Origin: Malacoraja senta
Taxonomy: Eukaryota
Length of the DNA stretch: 64,000 bases
Assembly (NCBI GenBank): GCA_038087875.1
Contig: CM075998.1
Coordinates: forward strand, 186,001 to 250,000
Direction of reading: 5' to 3'
Part shown: in pieces, positions 12,801 through 24,800 of the stretch
How the letters are laid out: every line of letters starts with the position of its first letter
Position numbering within the stretch: the stretch's first letter is position 1
Translations under genes and position numbers: made by a program
The notes under the pieces: model-generated
Database searches by the model: none
Told to the model about the DNA's origin: nothing
Seen by the model: only the letters and a program-made list of their open reading frames with translations

Positions 12801-15800
12801 TTAATGGAAAAAGTATTCAGTTTAACTTTCATAGAGGAACTAGGATATTTAACTAGTGCTCATCTTTTGAAGGATGCTGGGTGCAGTGGTATTAAAATGA
12901 CTGTAAAATAGTTTAACTCAGCTGGACAGGCAGCATCTCTGGAGAGAAGGAATGGGTGACATTTCGGGTCGAGACCCTTCTTCAGATTGATGTCGGGAGT
13001 GGGCGGGACAGAGATAGAATGTAGTCGGAGACACTAAGACTGGTGGGAGAACTGGGAAGTTCCCTTACTGTAAACCATTCCCAATTCTCCCACCAGTCTT
13101 ACTGTCTCCGACTACATTCTATCTCTGTCCCGCCCACTCCCTGACACGTCACCCATTCCTACTCTCCAGAGATGCTGCCTTTACCACTGAGTTACTACAG
13201 CATTTTGTGTCTATCTTCGATTTAAACCAGCATCTGCAGTTCTTTCCTACACGTCAAATAGTTTAAGTTTAGTTTAGAGATACAGCGCGGAAACAGACCC
13301 TTCGGCCCCACTGAGTCCATGCCGACTAGAAATCCCCACACATTAACACTATACTGCACACACTAGCGGCAATTTAACATTTATGCCAGGCCAATTAACC
13401 TACAAGTCTGCACGTCTGGAGTGTGGGAGGAAACAGAAGATCTCGGAGAAAACCCACGCAGGTCACGGGGAGAAGGTACAAACTCCGTACAGGCAAGCAC
13501 CCGTAGTCAGGATCGACCCGGGTCTCTAGCGCTGTTTGGCAGCAACTGTACCGCTACAACACTGTTGGAAGGTTGCCGACAACAAAGTAATTTTGGTATT
13601 GTCAGTTGATTTATGCGGCCATCTGCAGTGAATACTTGTAATCCAGTGATCTGATTATGCAGAAACAAAAGGACTGAGGAACTCAAATGGAAATTATGAT
13701 ATTTTCCTTGTGTAACACGTCATAGAGTCATACAGGGTGGAAAAGGCCCTTTGACCCAACTTGCCCACACCAACCAACATGTCCCATCTGCCTGCGTTTG
13801 TCTCCTCTAAACCTGTCCTATCCATGTACCTGTCTTAATTGTTTCTTAAACGTTGGGATACGTTAAACGTTGAGCTGCCTCAACCACCTCCTCCGGCAGC
13901 TCGTTCCTAGTCCTAGGATCAAACTACCTTAACCTGGATGTCACACATACTGCGCTGCGATGCCCAGGATGGTCAATGCACAGATGATCACGAATATTGG
14001 GAGCAACGCGCTCAAAGTTGGCTGAGCTGACCTATTTGAACCAAAATAGCCATTCATGCAACTTGGCAAACAAGTTTGTTGAAACCACACCACCTTGATT
14101 TGGTTTTCTTTTGTGTGTTGAATTTATTTCAGTAATTTTAAGCATGTCCAATGTTATTTTCATGCAGAACATTGATGATGATGCCAGCGTGCACGATAAG
14201 GTGTTGTGGGCCATGCACATGAGTGGGATGGGTGATCTGATTAAGTTCCTCGCTGCTTCCCAGGAAGAGCAACAATGGGCCATGCACATCCTGGAGATCA
14301 TCTCCCTCATGTTCAGAAATCAGGTTTGTGCCAGATCACGTCTGGGCCAGGGTGTGGGAGGATTGGTGAGGAGTTTACTACAGTTAAGCTCCATCATACT
14401 AATCTGCAATGAAATGGCGGCCCATGCTTTTGCACCCTTAATCCTCCCGTTCCCTGTGTAGTGTTGTGATGGGAATTGGAGGCTGTGGGTGAGCTGTGGT
14501 TTCATTGCCTCTATCCGTAAGGTTCACCCTGTATACTGGCATTATCTAGCACACTGAGGACAAGTTACATTTATACCAAAGCCAATTAACCTACATCTTT
14601 AGAGTGTGGGAGCACCCGCAGAAAGCCCACGCGGTCCCAGGGAGAACATAGAAACTCCATGCAGACAGTACCTGTGGTCAGGATGAAAGCCGGGTCTCTG
14701 GCGCAGTGAGGCAGCAACTCTACCGCTGTACCACCATGCTGATCTACCTTGAGTTAGGCAGTACCCATTATTAGTTGGGCAGATCTTGCCTTGGCTACTG
14801 ACACAACAGTCACAATGCACACGCTGAACAAAAACAAACCGAGTGGGAGATATGTGAATTGATTTATTATTTTGAAATTTGTCCAACAGAACCCCGAACA
14901 ACTTGCCAGTACAGGGCAAATAAAAAGTAAACAGGAGAAAGAGGACGAGTCCAGAGAGCTTGAGATCTTAATGCAGAGAGAGCTGGCTGCAAAGAAGAAA
15001 AGAACCTTTGAAAGGGGGAGCAGGTGAGAAATGAAAGGTTACAGCGCGGTGGGGAAGGTCCTTACCCAGAGTAGGGGCTACACTTGACTGGAGGGCATTT
15101 GAATTGTTTTCTCCTTTCTTGCTATCATCTTCATTCTGCATTGTTTTTAAAGTGGCAGGTTTTATTTCATTTGTTGAATGCCTGCTTTCTTTATTTTAGG
15201 CACTCGCGTTTTGGAGGGACATATCTCATACAAGGCTTGAAGTCAATTGCAGATAGAGATGTTGTTAGTCACATGGGAATCCACAAAGTGAGTACAAATG
15301 GCACCGATATATTTGTGCTCTTTGCTGTCATTGCATTTAGCAGCTGAACCCATTAGTTCAGATGGAGTTAACAACAGCAACACTTAAATGACGTCTTTAC
15401 AGAAGATTCCAACGATTAAAGCAATTTCGTTTTTATTTCTATTATTTTTTCAGTTTAAAAATTACACCCACGATTGTGGCAAGAAGGTCGGCAAAGTTAG
15501 AAAGAGGAATCAAGCAGCAGTAGAGGTGGAAAGCCAGCGACGTTCTGCTCTGAATGTGAGGTTGTTCCTGAAGGAATTTTGTGTGGATTTCTTGGAGAAC
15601 TGCTATAACAGATTGATGTATGTGGTAAAGGTACGTTTGTGAGGTGGGTGAAAAATGAAACAAAAACCTGACCAGCAGGTATCTCAATTTGTTTGAAAGC
15701 CAAATAAGCTTTAATTCCAGTTTGAAATAATGAAACAAAATGCCGTGAGAACCTTGTGTGACGTGACCCAAAGCTGCATTCCAAGTAGGAACTGACTAAC

Positions 15801-18800
15801 TCGATGTAAAAGGACACAAAGTGCTGGAGAGACTTAGCAGGTCAGGCAGCATCTCTGAAGAACATGGATAGGTGATATTTTGGGTCGAAACCCTTTTGGA
15901 TCCATTTAAAGTGTGTGAGATGGGGGTCCTCCTTATTTAGTTTAGTTTGGAGATAAAGCGTGGAAACAGGCCCTTTGGCCCCACCGAGTCTGCGCCGACC
16001 AGCGATCCCCACACATTAACACTATCCTACACGCACTAGGGATGATTTATTTACATTTACCAAGCCAATTAACCTACAAACCTATACGTCTTTGGAGTGT
16101 GGGAGGAAACCGAAGATATCAGAGAAAACCCACACAGGTCACAGGGAGAACATACAAACTCCATACAGACAGCACCCGTAGTCAGGATCGAACCCGGGTC
16201 TGCTGTGCTGCAGGCACTGTAAGACAGCAACTCTAACGCTGCGCCACCGTGCTGCCCATTATTATGAGTGAGATCTTGGCACTTCTGTGACACAGGCAGG
16301 TGGGATTAATGTAGATGGGGCATGTTGGTTGGCGTGGCCAAGTTGTTTCCATGCTCTATGACTAAATGTATGAATGTGTGCTTGTTTCATTTCTAGGACA
16401 ACCTGATACGCGAGAAAGCACAGCAGCACGACGAGACGTACTACCTGTGGGCCATGCCCTTCTTCATGAAGTTCAACAGGGTGTACAGGTTCCGCCCTGA
16501 GCTGGTATCAGAGACGGTCAGCATTCGAGTGTTTCACTTTGTGGAGCGTAATGTCACCAACTACTACGAGATGATGCTGACCGACAAGGCAGCAGCCAGT
16601 TCTTGGTCAAGACGGTACGGCAAGCTAATTACACAGGGTGAAGTCATGGGTTGACCAATTATTTCTATTGCTCTTGGTTGAGGATTGATGCGCTGTCGGA
16701 TATATTATGCTCTCTTTGGATTCCACTTGACATGTATTTATCACATGTGTTTAGTTTACTTCCCTGGTTTTATTCCCATTTCATTTAAATGTCCCTGAGT
16801 TGCAGACCAACAGATGCTTTCTGATCTCTCGTGCAGTACCAAGTGGGCACTCACTGATTTTCTCTCCTAAACTAGGATTGTTCTATGGACTTGCTGACCT
16901 CTGAGTATTATCTGGATTTTGACATGAAGCGCTGGAGTAACTCAGCGGGTCAGGCAGCAGCTCGAGGGAGCATGGACAGGCGAAGGATCAGGATCCTTCA
17001 GACTGAAACGCCCCCTGTCCATGTTCTTCAGAGGTGCTGCCTGACCCACTGAGTTACTCCAGCACCTTGTGTCTTTTTTGTAAACCAGCATCTGCAGTGC
17101 CTTCTGTCTACATTGTTTAAAAGTTGTTTAATTCAGCATCAACTGGACTGATTGAAAGACATAGCATAGAAACAGGCCCTTCAGCCCACTGATTCCACGC
17201 CAATCATTGATCACCCATTCACACTAGTTCTATCTTACCCTATTTTTACATCCTTTCCCAATACACTGGTGGCAATTTACAGAGGCCAATTAACCTACAA
17301 CGCACATCTTTGGGATGTGGGAGGAAACCACACGATCTCAGGGAGAATGTAAAAACTCGGTACAGACAGCACCTGGGGTCAGGATTGAACCCAGGTCTGT
17401 GGTGCTGTGAGGCAGCAGCTCTACCCGCTGCACCACTGTGATGGAATGTATTGTCTTCTTGGTTCTCTAGCTCAGTTTTAAACTGGACAAGCCATGTACT
17501 GACTGGGATAGCATTGGCTTATAACAGGACGTGTTTTTCCTGACTGCATCATCGGCTTCTAGTAATTGCATGTTGTCTAATAACCAATAATAAAACAATG
17601 ACATGTTGCACAGCAGCTAAAACAAGACTTCTCTTTCAGAATGCATCTAGCCCTGAAAGCTTACCAAGAGCTGCTCAGCACCCTGAATGAAATAGACCAC
17701 TCCAAAGATGGAAACCTGCGAGAAAGTGCCAGAGTTATCAAATGTAAGATTTTTAATGAAATAAGCAAGAAACCAAACTAAATGTAAGTGCAAGTGACCT
17801 GAAAACCTGCAAAAAAGCAATCATGTGTTTGTTCCCCGGCCTTGTATGGTTTTGAAATGAGCATTTGTTGGTAGACCTTCGCCTGCCTTCAGTCCCTGTC
17901 TTGATCTATCATCATCTTCCACTTTGTAGTGAGAGCTTCCTTTGAAGAGCGTTAATGATGCCGCTATTGGGATCTGTGCATGTCTGCCATCACATGCTTC
18001 TTGTGATTAGACATTGCTACTTTTGCCTTCTCAGGTAATATCTTCTATGTTATGGAGTTCCGGGAGATGTTCTTGATGTTATTCCGGAAGTTTGATGCAA
18101 GCAAGCAGCCCAAGTCATTTTTGAAAGATCTCGTTGAAACCACTCACCTTTTCATCCGGATGATTGAGAAATTCTGTAAAGGCAAAACAAATCTTTTTGT
18201 GCAGGTAATGTTTGTGTCCAAGTTACACCTTGTGCTTCCATATCACAGCCATCAGTTTCAACAACAAAAATCGAGGCTCGACTTTGTTCTTTTCCCAAAG
18301 ATTCAGGTTCTGGTGGGGCTCAAGCATATGGCAGCCAGCTTGCGAGCTATTAGGGCTGGTCAATGAGGAAGATTTTGACAAGCATCTTAAAAGAGGAGAG
18401 AGAGGTGGGTGTAGGTGCAGGGAGGGATTTCTGGATCACAGGGTCCGGGCAACTGAAGGAGGAGAGAGAGAGAGGGGGGTGGGGGGGGTGTAGGGAGGGA
18501 CTTCTAGATCACAGGGTCTTGCAGCTGAATGAGGAGAGAGAAGCGGGGAGGGGTAGGGAGGGAACTCGGTGTCCTGAAGGCAGAGCAACCAATAACAAAG
18601 TGATAGAAGGACTGAGAGGACAGAATTGGAGGAGTGCAGAGACCTGGGGACTGGAGGAGGTGGGTGTTTATGTAAAATTCTATTGTGTATGATGTTCTTA
18701 TATTCATATGGCTGTATGGTAATGCAAATATCACTGTACCAATTGGTGCATGTGATAATAAATGTGAGCTTCAACTTGAACTTGATAGATCGGGGCAAGG

Positions 18801-21800
18801 CCGGGAAGGCATTGTAAGTAAATGACTTTGGTGTCTCGAGCCGCCGGCGTTTCAATATTTCCCCACTTATTGAAACAGAAAAAGAAACTGAAAAAGAAGA
18901 AACGTAAATCAAAGCAGTCTGCATCTGCCTCGTCAGAAAAATCCAAGGAAGAACTCGAGGAAATCTGGAAAGCGTCATTGGAGCAACTTGGCAGATGTGC
19001 AGAGGTACGTGCCTGATAGAAGGGTAAGCTCGGATCACTTTGAAATCGTAATGATCAGTGTTGCTGAAGAATAGTTCTTGCCATTTGTCCAGAGTTGCAA
19101 TCTTTCTCCGCTCATAATTCCAAAATGTGATGCTTCTTAAAATTGGCTTTCTGTCCTGAAAGGTTCAATCTGTACTGGGAAATGATGTTGCAGGCATTGG
19201 TTTTCTTCCTTATACTCATGTCCCATCTGAAAGGCGACATTCTCACACTCCCTTAATTCTGCACTGAAGCACCGGCACAGATTTGCCTTTGGGCTGGCAC
19301 TGAAACATGTGGGGGGGGGGGGGGGGGGGGGGAGGACAATAAAGGTTATTGACCATGGAGTTAGGATCCTGTTTGATTGGAGTAAATGTCTCCACAACCA
19401 AAACTGTACTTATTCTCCTCCTCCCCCCTCATCGACAACTGTGTCTGAGTCCTTGACTTCCTGAGCTGACGTTTGCTTTCCAGGGTCAAGAGCTTCTACC
19501 GGAGGATCTAGTTCCATTTGATGCTGCTTCAGAAATCCCTGTGGAGGAGCAGAGGGCTGAAGCGATGATTCGTATACAGGATGCTATGCTAGCCAGTAAA
19601 ACTGCAGAGGCCCTCGTGCTTCTCCGAGCCGCACGGTAACTATTTGTGGCCTTTGAAGCTCTGAAATGGTGCTTGACGTTGTATTGGCCTCCCAAGTGTG
19701 GTTTATTTTGTCTTACGATTACTCATGAGGTATTTGGGTATTTTTATCACCTGACCCGATGCCCCAGCCAAGGAAATAGGTGCAGGATCTGCTCCTAGTA
19801 TAACACCCTTGGTGCAGTTAAATCATCTGTTGCTGGCAATTCTTGAGATTTTAGGGGCAAGTGAGCAAAAGTCAGATAGTTTTAAAGAAAGTCTTAAAGG
19901 AGGTTTGGAGAAAGAATTGCATGCCTAGTGTCTAAGATGCTGAAGGCACAGCCATCAGTGGTGGAGGGAGTTTAAACTGGAGATGTGAAAGACAATTGCA
20001 GAGGTTGGAGAGTTAGGGACTAAAGAAGTTATCTAATATGATTCATACCACATTATGGCACGAATTGCTGTGAGAGTTATATTAAAATATTAATATGAAC
20101 AACATTAAGAGAAAGGCGTTGGTGGTGCTTGGATGATGTTACTGCAGCAGGGCTTATTTCTTTCTTGTATGAGATTTTGTTTGGACTCTAGTCAGATGGC
20201 TGTATGTAGCAATGTTACAACATTTTGAGATTTAAAAAATAAAGTGCAATTTATCCCATCAGATAAAGCATAAAAAGAAGTTTAATTTGACACCTAATTC
20301 ACTTTCATATCTTCAGTATTAAAAAAGTTATGGCCATTTACATACTCGGAAATTAGCATCTTGTTCCCTATTGCTTTTCCATTGACTTAACACAAAAGCT
20401 GTGATCGAGGACAGTCAAAAGCCCATAACTTTCTTAAAAATTAAGAGAACTGAAAGAAATTTTCAGTTATTATAGATTGAAGCATTCTGAAACAAATATG
20501 AAACAATCTTACTTAGATGTCATGAAATTAAAGCATATAATTAGTTAGTTACCTAATTGTAGCTAATTACAAAATTCAATTACTAGATCTAAACATCTAT
20601 CAATTTCTTAAGAATAGATTAACATTTTTAAATAGCCTAAGTGTCCAAATAACATTCACACAAGAATTCACAATATAACATAATTTTTAAATCTCATTGT
20701 CATGGATTTACAGGCCAAATGGAAGGAATTGAATGTTTAATACCTGTAAATTAATGGGCATTTAAATCATTTTGCGAGTGGGTTTTCTGGAACGCGATCA
20801 ATTGGAACGTTGATTTGTGGTGAATTTAATCCCGTATCGGCATGAAAAGTTCTGCCGTTAGTTCGGGGAAAAGAATCACCGTTTTGCATTAAAAAATATG
20901 AATTAAAGGCTTCTTAAGAAGCACTTTTATACATAAAATAAACTACTTTAGTTTACCTGTTCCGTGTGTGAAATCCGTCCCTGTTGTCGGTGTTGACGGC
21001 TTTAGAAGCTGATTTTAAAATGACTCCAGCGCTGACATTGTCGATTTAATAAAAATAAAAAATACACAAAACGCCCGTAGGAACGATTTTTCAGCAAACG
21101 CTTGTACTCCAACGAAATATAATACAGGACAAGGGAGGAGAAACCCGCGTTTTAACCCCGCCCCCCCCCCCCCTTAAAGGCGGCAAAATCGCGCACACGG
21201 CCAGTGGCAGAATTGCAGCGCCGCTGAAGGTAAGTATTGTAACATACCTACTGTATGTGGCATGTGTGTAAAATGAGTTTGAGCAATCTTATTCCCAATT
21301 CAAATTGCCCATATTTTTCACTCATTCGCCGGTCTGATTCGGGCCTCAGATGTCTGGTGAGATCCTTAAGGGCACTGTACGTTGATTGTTCATCTAGTGC
21401 TTATTTCCACAGGGAAGTGTGGCCTGAAGACGATGTTTTTGGTTCTTCCAACATATTGCTTCCGGAAGAGTCAGAATTGCTCAAAGAAATACTGTTTGCA
21501 AATTTACCAAGTAAGTGTTTTAGCTGCCATCGTTTCACTCTTTTGAACATTGTCATGGAGCTGTATTTGAATCCAACACTCTGTGTTCCTTCCGCAGGGC
21601 AACCGGCTGTTGAAGTCGAAGAGACAGAAGAATTTCGAGATGAAGAAATAGAAGAGGAAGAAACAGAATCTGTGAGAGTGACAGAAAGCGAATTTAATCT
21701 TTTTAATTATCTGAAAAGGTAAAACGTTTTAAGAATGATTGTTTTCCAAATTAAAGATGATTTACCTCTCTTTTGCACAATTACCTGAAGCATTTGCAAT

Positions 21801-24800
21801 GGACTGCCACAGTGCACAGCAAATTAGAAATAATAACAAGGTGGCAGTGTTCCACCTTCACTTTTGGGGCAATGATGTGAATTGGGTTGGACTGTTTGAA
21901 ATAAAGGCCTCTGCCTATTAGTTGTTTGTGTGCCAAGGGCAGCACAGTGGCGCAACTGGTAGAGCCGNNNNNNNNNNNNNNNNNNNNNNNNNNNNNNNNN
22001 NNNNNNNNNNNNNNNNNNNNNNNNNNNNNNNNNNNNNNNNNNNNNNNNNNNNNNNNNNNNNNNNNNNNNNNNNNNNNNNNNNNNNNNNNNNNNNNNNNNN
22101 NNNNNNNNNNNNNNNNNNNNNNNNNNNNNNNNNNNNNNNNNNNNNNNNNNNNNNNNNNNNNNNNNNNGTTTGGTGACCCCCTCCAGAGGGTGGTTGGAAT
22201 CTGAGACGCACCGCCTGAGGGGGTGGTGGAGGCAGAGACTCAATATTTCAGAATGATTGAGACGAGTTCTCGAATGACTAAGGCATGGAAAGTGACGGAC
22301 CAAGTGTTGTAAGTTTGTATGAGAGTCTGTTGCCAGACAAATAAACTTAGTATTAGTCTTTCACAACACATTTGAAATTGTTTTCCGGGCATTCACTTGT
22401 GGATCTGTGTGCTCTCTGTACTGTACTGGTTTATTGAAATGAAATCAATGTAACAATTTGTCTTGGTTGTTCATCATCCCAAGCTAATGATATTTCTCTT
22501 GCATCAGTCTCGCATGCTTTGTCATTTAGTGGCTCTGGCACTGAGAAGCTACGTGGAACAACAGTGCCACTCTCACATTCTGTGGGGTGTAATTGCCTCC
22601 ACCATCGCCTTTCTTCACTTGACTAAATTCTCATGTCAGCGTGCCCCACCAAACCCTGCTTCTCCACTTACCTGGCATCCACAGACCTGCAATTCCAGTC
22701 ATCTCTAGACCTGACTCTTGGCCCCTGCTCTCATTACTGCCAGCTTCATCCAGAATTATAGTTTAGAGATACAGACCCTTTGGCCCACCGAGTCCACACC
22801 AACCATCGTTCACTAGTTCTATGTTATCCCACTTCTCATCCATTCCCTACGCACTAGGGGGGCAATTAACCTACAAACCCGCACGTCTGTGGGACGTGGG
22901 AGGAAACCGGAGCACAAGGAGGAAACTCACGCGGTCACAGGGAGAATGTGCAAACTCCACACAGACAGCACCCGAGGTCAGGATGGAACACGGGTCTCTG
23001 GCGCTGTGCCACTGTGCCACTGTGCAGCCCATTCTTCCATGGATTGCGGCAGCTTGATGCTTGTTTCGTATTTTAATCTCTGTTCTGTTTTCACAACAGG
23101 AGCTGGTGAAGTTCTGCAGATATGTCTTAAGCCGATTCTTCACTTTAGCTGCCAGCAACAGCAAGGCCTTTGTGGAGTTGCTGTTCTGGAAAAATATTGC
23201 AAACATTCGAGAAATGACGGAGGGTTACAGGATTGACAACGAAAGGCAAGTGCTTTGAACAAGAATCTTGGGAGATTGTGGGACTTTTTATTGTATGTGC
23301 AAAACTGCAAGGTCCCTTTGCAGCTGATTAAAACAATCATTCTGAAGACATTGATCCTGCGTGTTGCTGCTGCTTTGATAGTAATGATCCTTGGATGGAT
23401 GTCTGAACCCTATCATAGCCTGTGTGGACCTGAAATGTGACTTGTTTGAACACAAGAATATAGGAGCAGCAGTCGTCCACTCAAGCTTGCCCCACTATTC
23501 AATATGATTGTGGCTGATCTATCTCATCTCCTTCTCTGCCCCAGTTCCCCACCGCACTCACTTCCCCGATCTATCATTCAAGGAATGTTTACTTGTCAGC
23601 GTGTACTATCACTGCTTCAGTTTTGTGCATGCTGACCAACCCAATGGTGCAATGCTTCTGCTAATAGAGTGGAAGATGATGGTGAAACAATAGCGTATGT
23701 GGTCATGAATGTTTCATGGGTTTTTTCAGTGGGCCAAATCACAGGATTCCAAGTTGGTCATCCGAGGACGAGCAGGAGCTTGAAACATTGTACCTACAGT
23801 TCAAAGAGGAAGACGGAGGTATGTGTTCTGTTTGGGGTTATTTCTGAATATGTCCGAAATCAAGTGTACTGTTAACTCCTCTTCCCCCTCTCTGCTCCCT
23901 TCCCCCTCTCTGCCCCCTTCCCCCTCTCCGCCCCTTCCCCCTCTCTGCCCCCTTCCCCTCTCCGCCCCTTCCCCCTCTCCGCCCCCTTCCCCCTCTCCGC
24001 CCCTTCCCCCTCTCCGCCCCCTTCCCCCTCTCCGCCCCCTTCCCCCTCTCCGCCCCTTCCCCCTCTCTGCCCCCCCCCCCCCCACACTCTCATCTCCTTC
24101 CTAAAAAGAGCTTGATGCTCCCTTTCAAATTGCAGCCATTAAATCTTGGTGTGTGAAGGGAGGTATTCTGGCCCATTATGCCTGTGTAGTTCTTTGATAG
24201 CAATCCAACTATTTCCAATCCCTGCTCTTTCACCATTTCCCCTCCAAGTAACCTTTTACAGTGAGAAGGGCCAAGTTTAAAGGAGATGTGCGGGGCAGGT
24301 TGTTTTACACAGAGGGTGGTGGGTGCCTGGAACGTACTGCCGGGGGTGGTGGTGGAGGCAGATACGATCGTGGTGTTTAAGGGACTTTTGGATAGGCACG
24401 TGGATATGCATCACATGCAGGCAGATAAGTCTTGGCATCATGTTCGGCACAGCCATTTTGGGCCGAAGGGCCAGCTTCTGTGCTGTACTGTTGAATGTGG
24501 GATTTACAATGCCAAGTTGTCGATGCTTCAGAGGGATGCTGGTGAAAGTTGGGAAAGCTGGTCTGGTGGCGTATTGCATTGCAGTCTTCCCGTTTCCAGG
24601 TAAAGATGTCATTGACAACATCATGGAACACATTAAAAATGAGACAAGGACCAGAAAGCAGATTGCTGTGAAACTTGTACAGCTGAACCTGGTGGACAGT
24701 ATAAAAGACCTCAAACGTGTCAAGTAAGTATTTGTGTGACAGGGAAGCTGCAAACCTGGTGTCATTTGGTCAAGGGATGAGTTTTGGTTGCTTCACTTTC

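Noticed and set aside
22463-22708. ORF containing [14 protein letters not shown], superficially like the missing TIMELESS segment LLLRSYQQNSAHTNH
   Set aside because: Similarity is limited to ~4 residues, the flanking conserved motifs are absent, and I found no phase-compatible splice sites.
23801-24104. Gly/Arg/Glu-rich and Pro-rich ORFs
   Set aside because: Translations of a polypyrimidine minisatellite.
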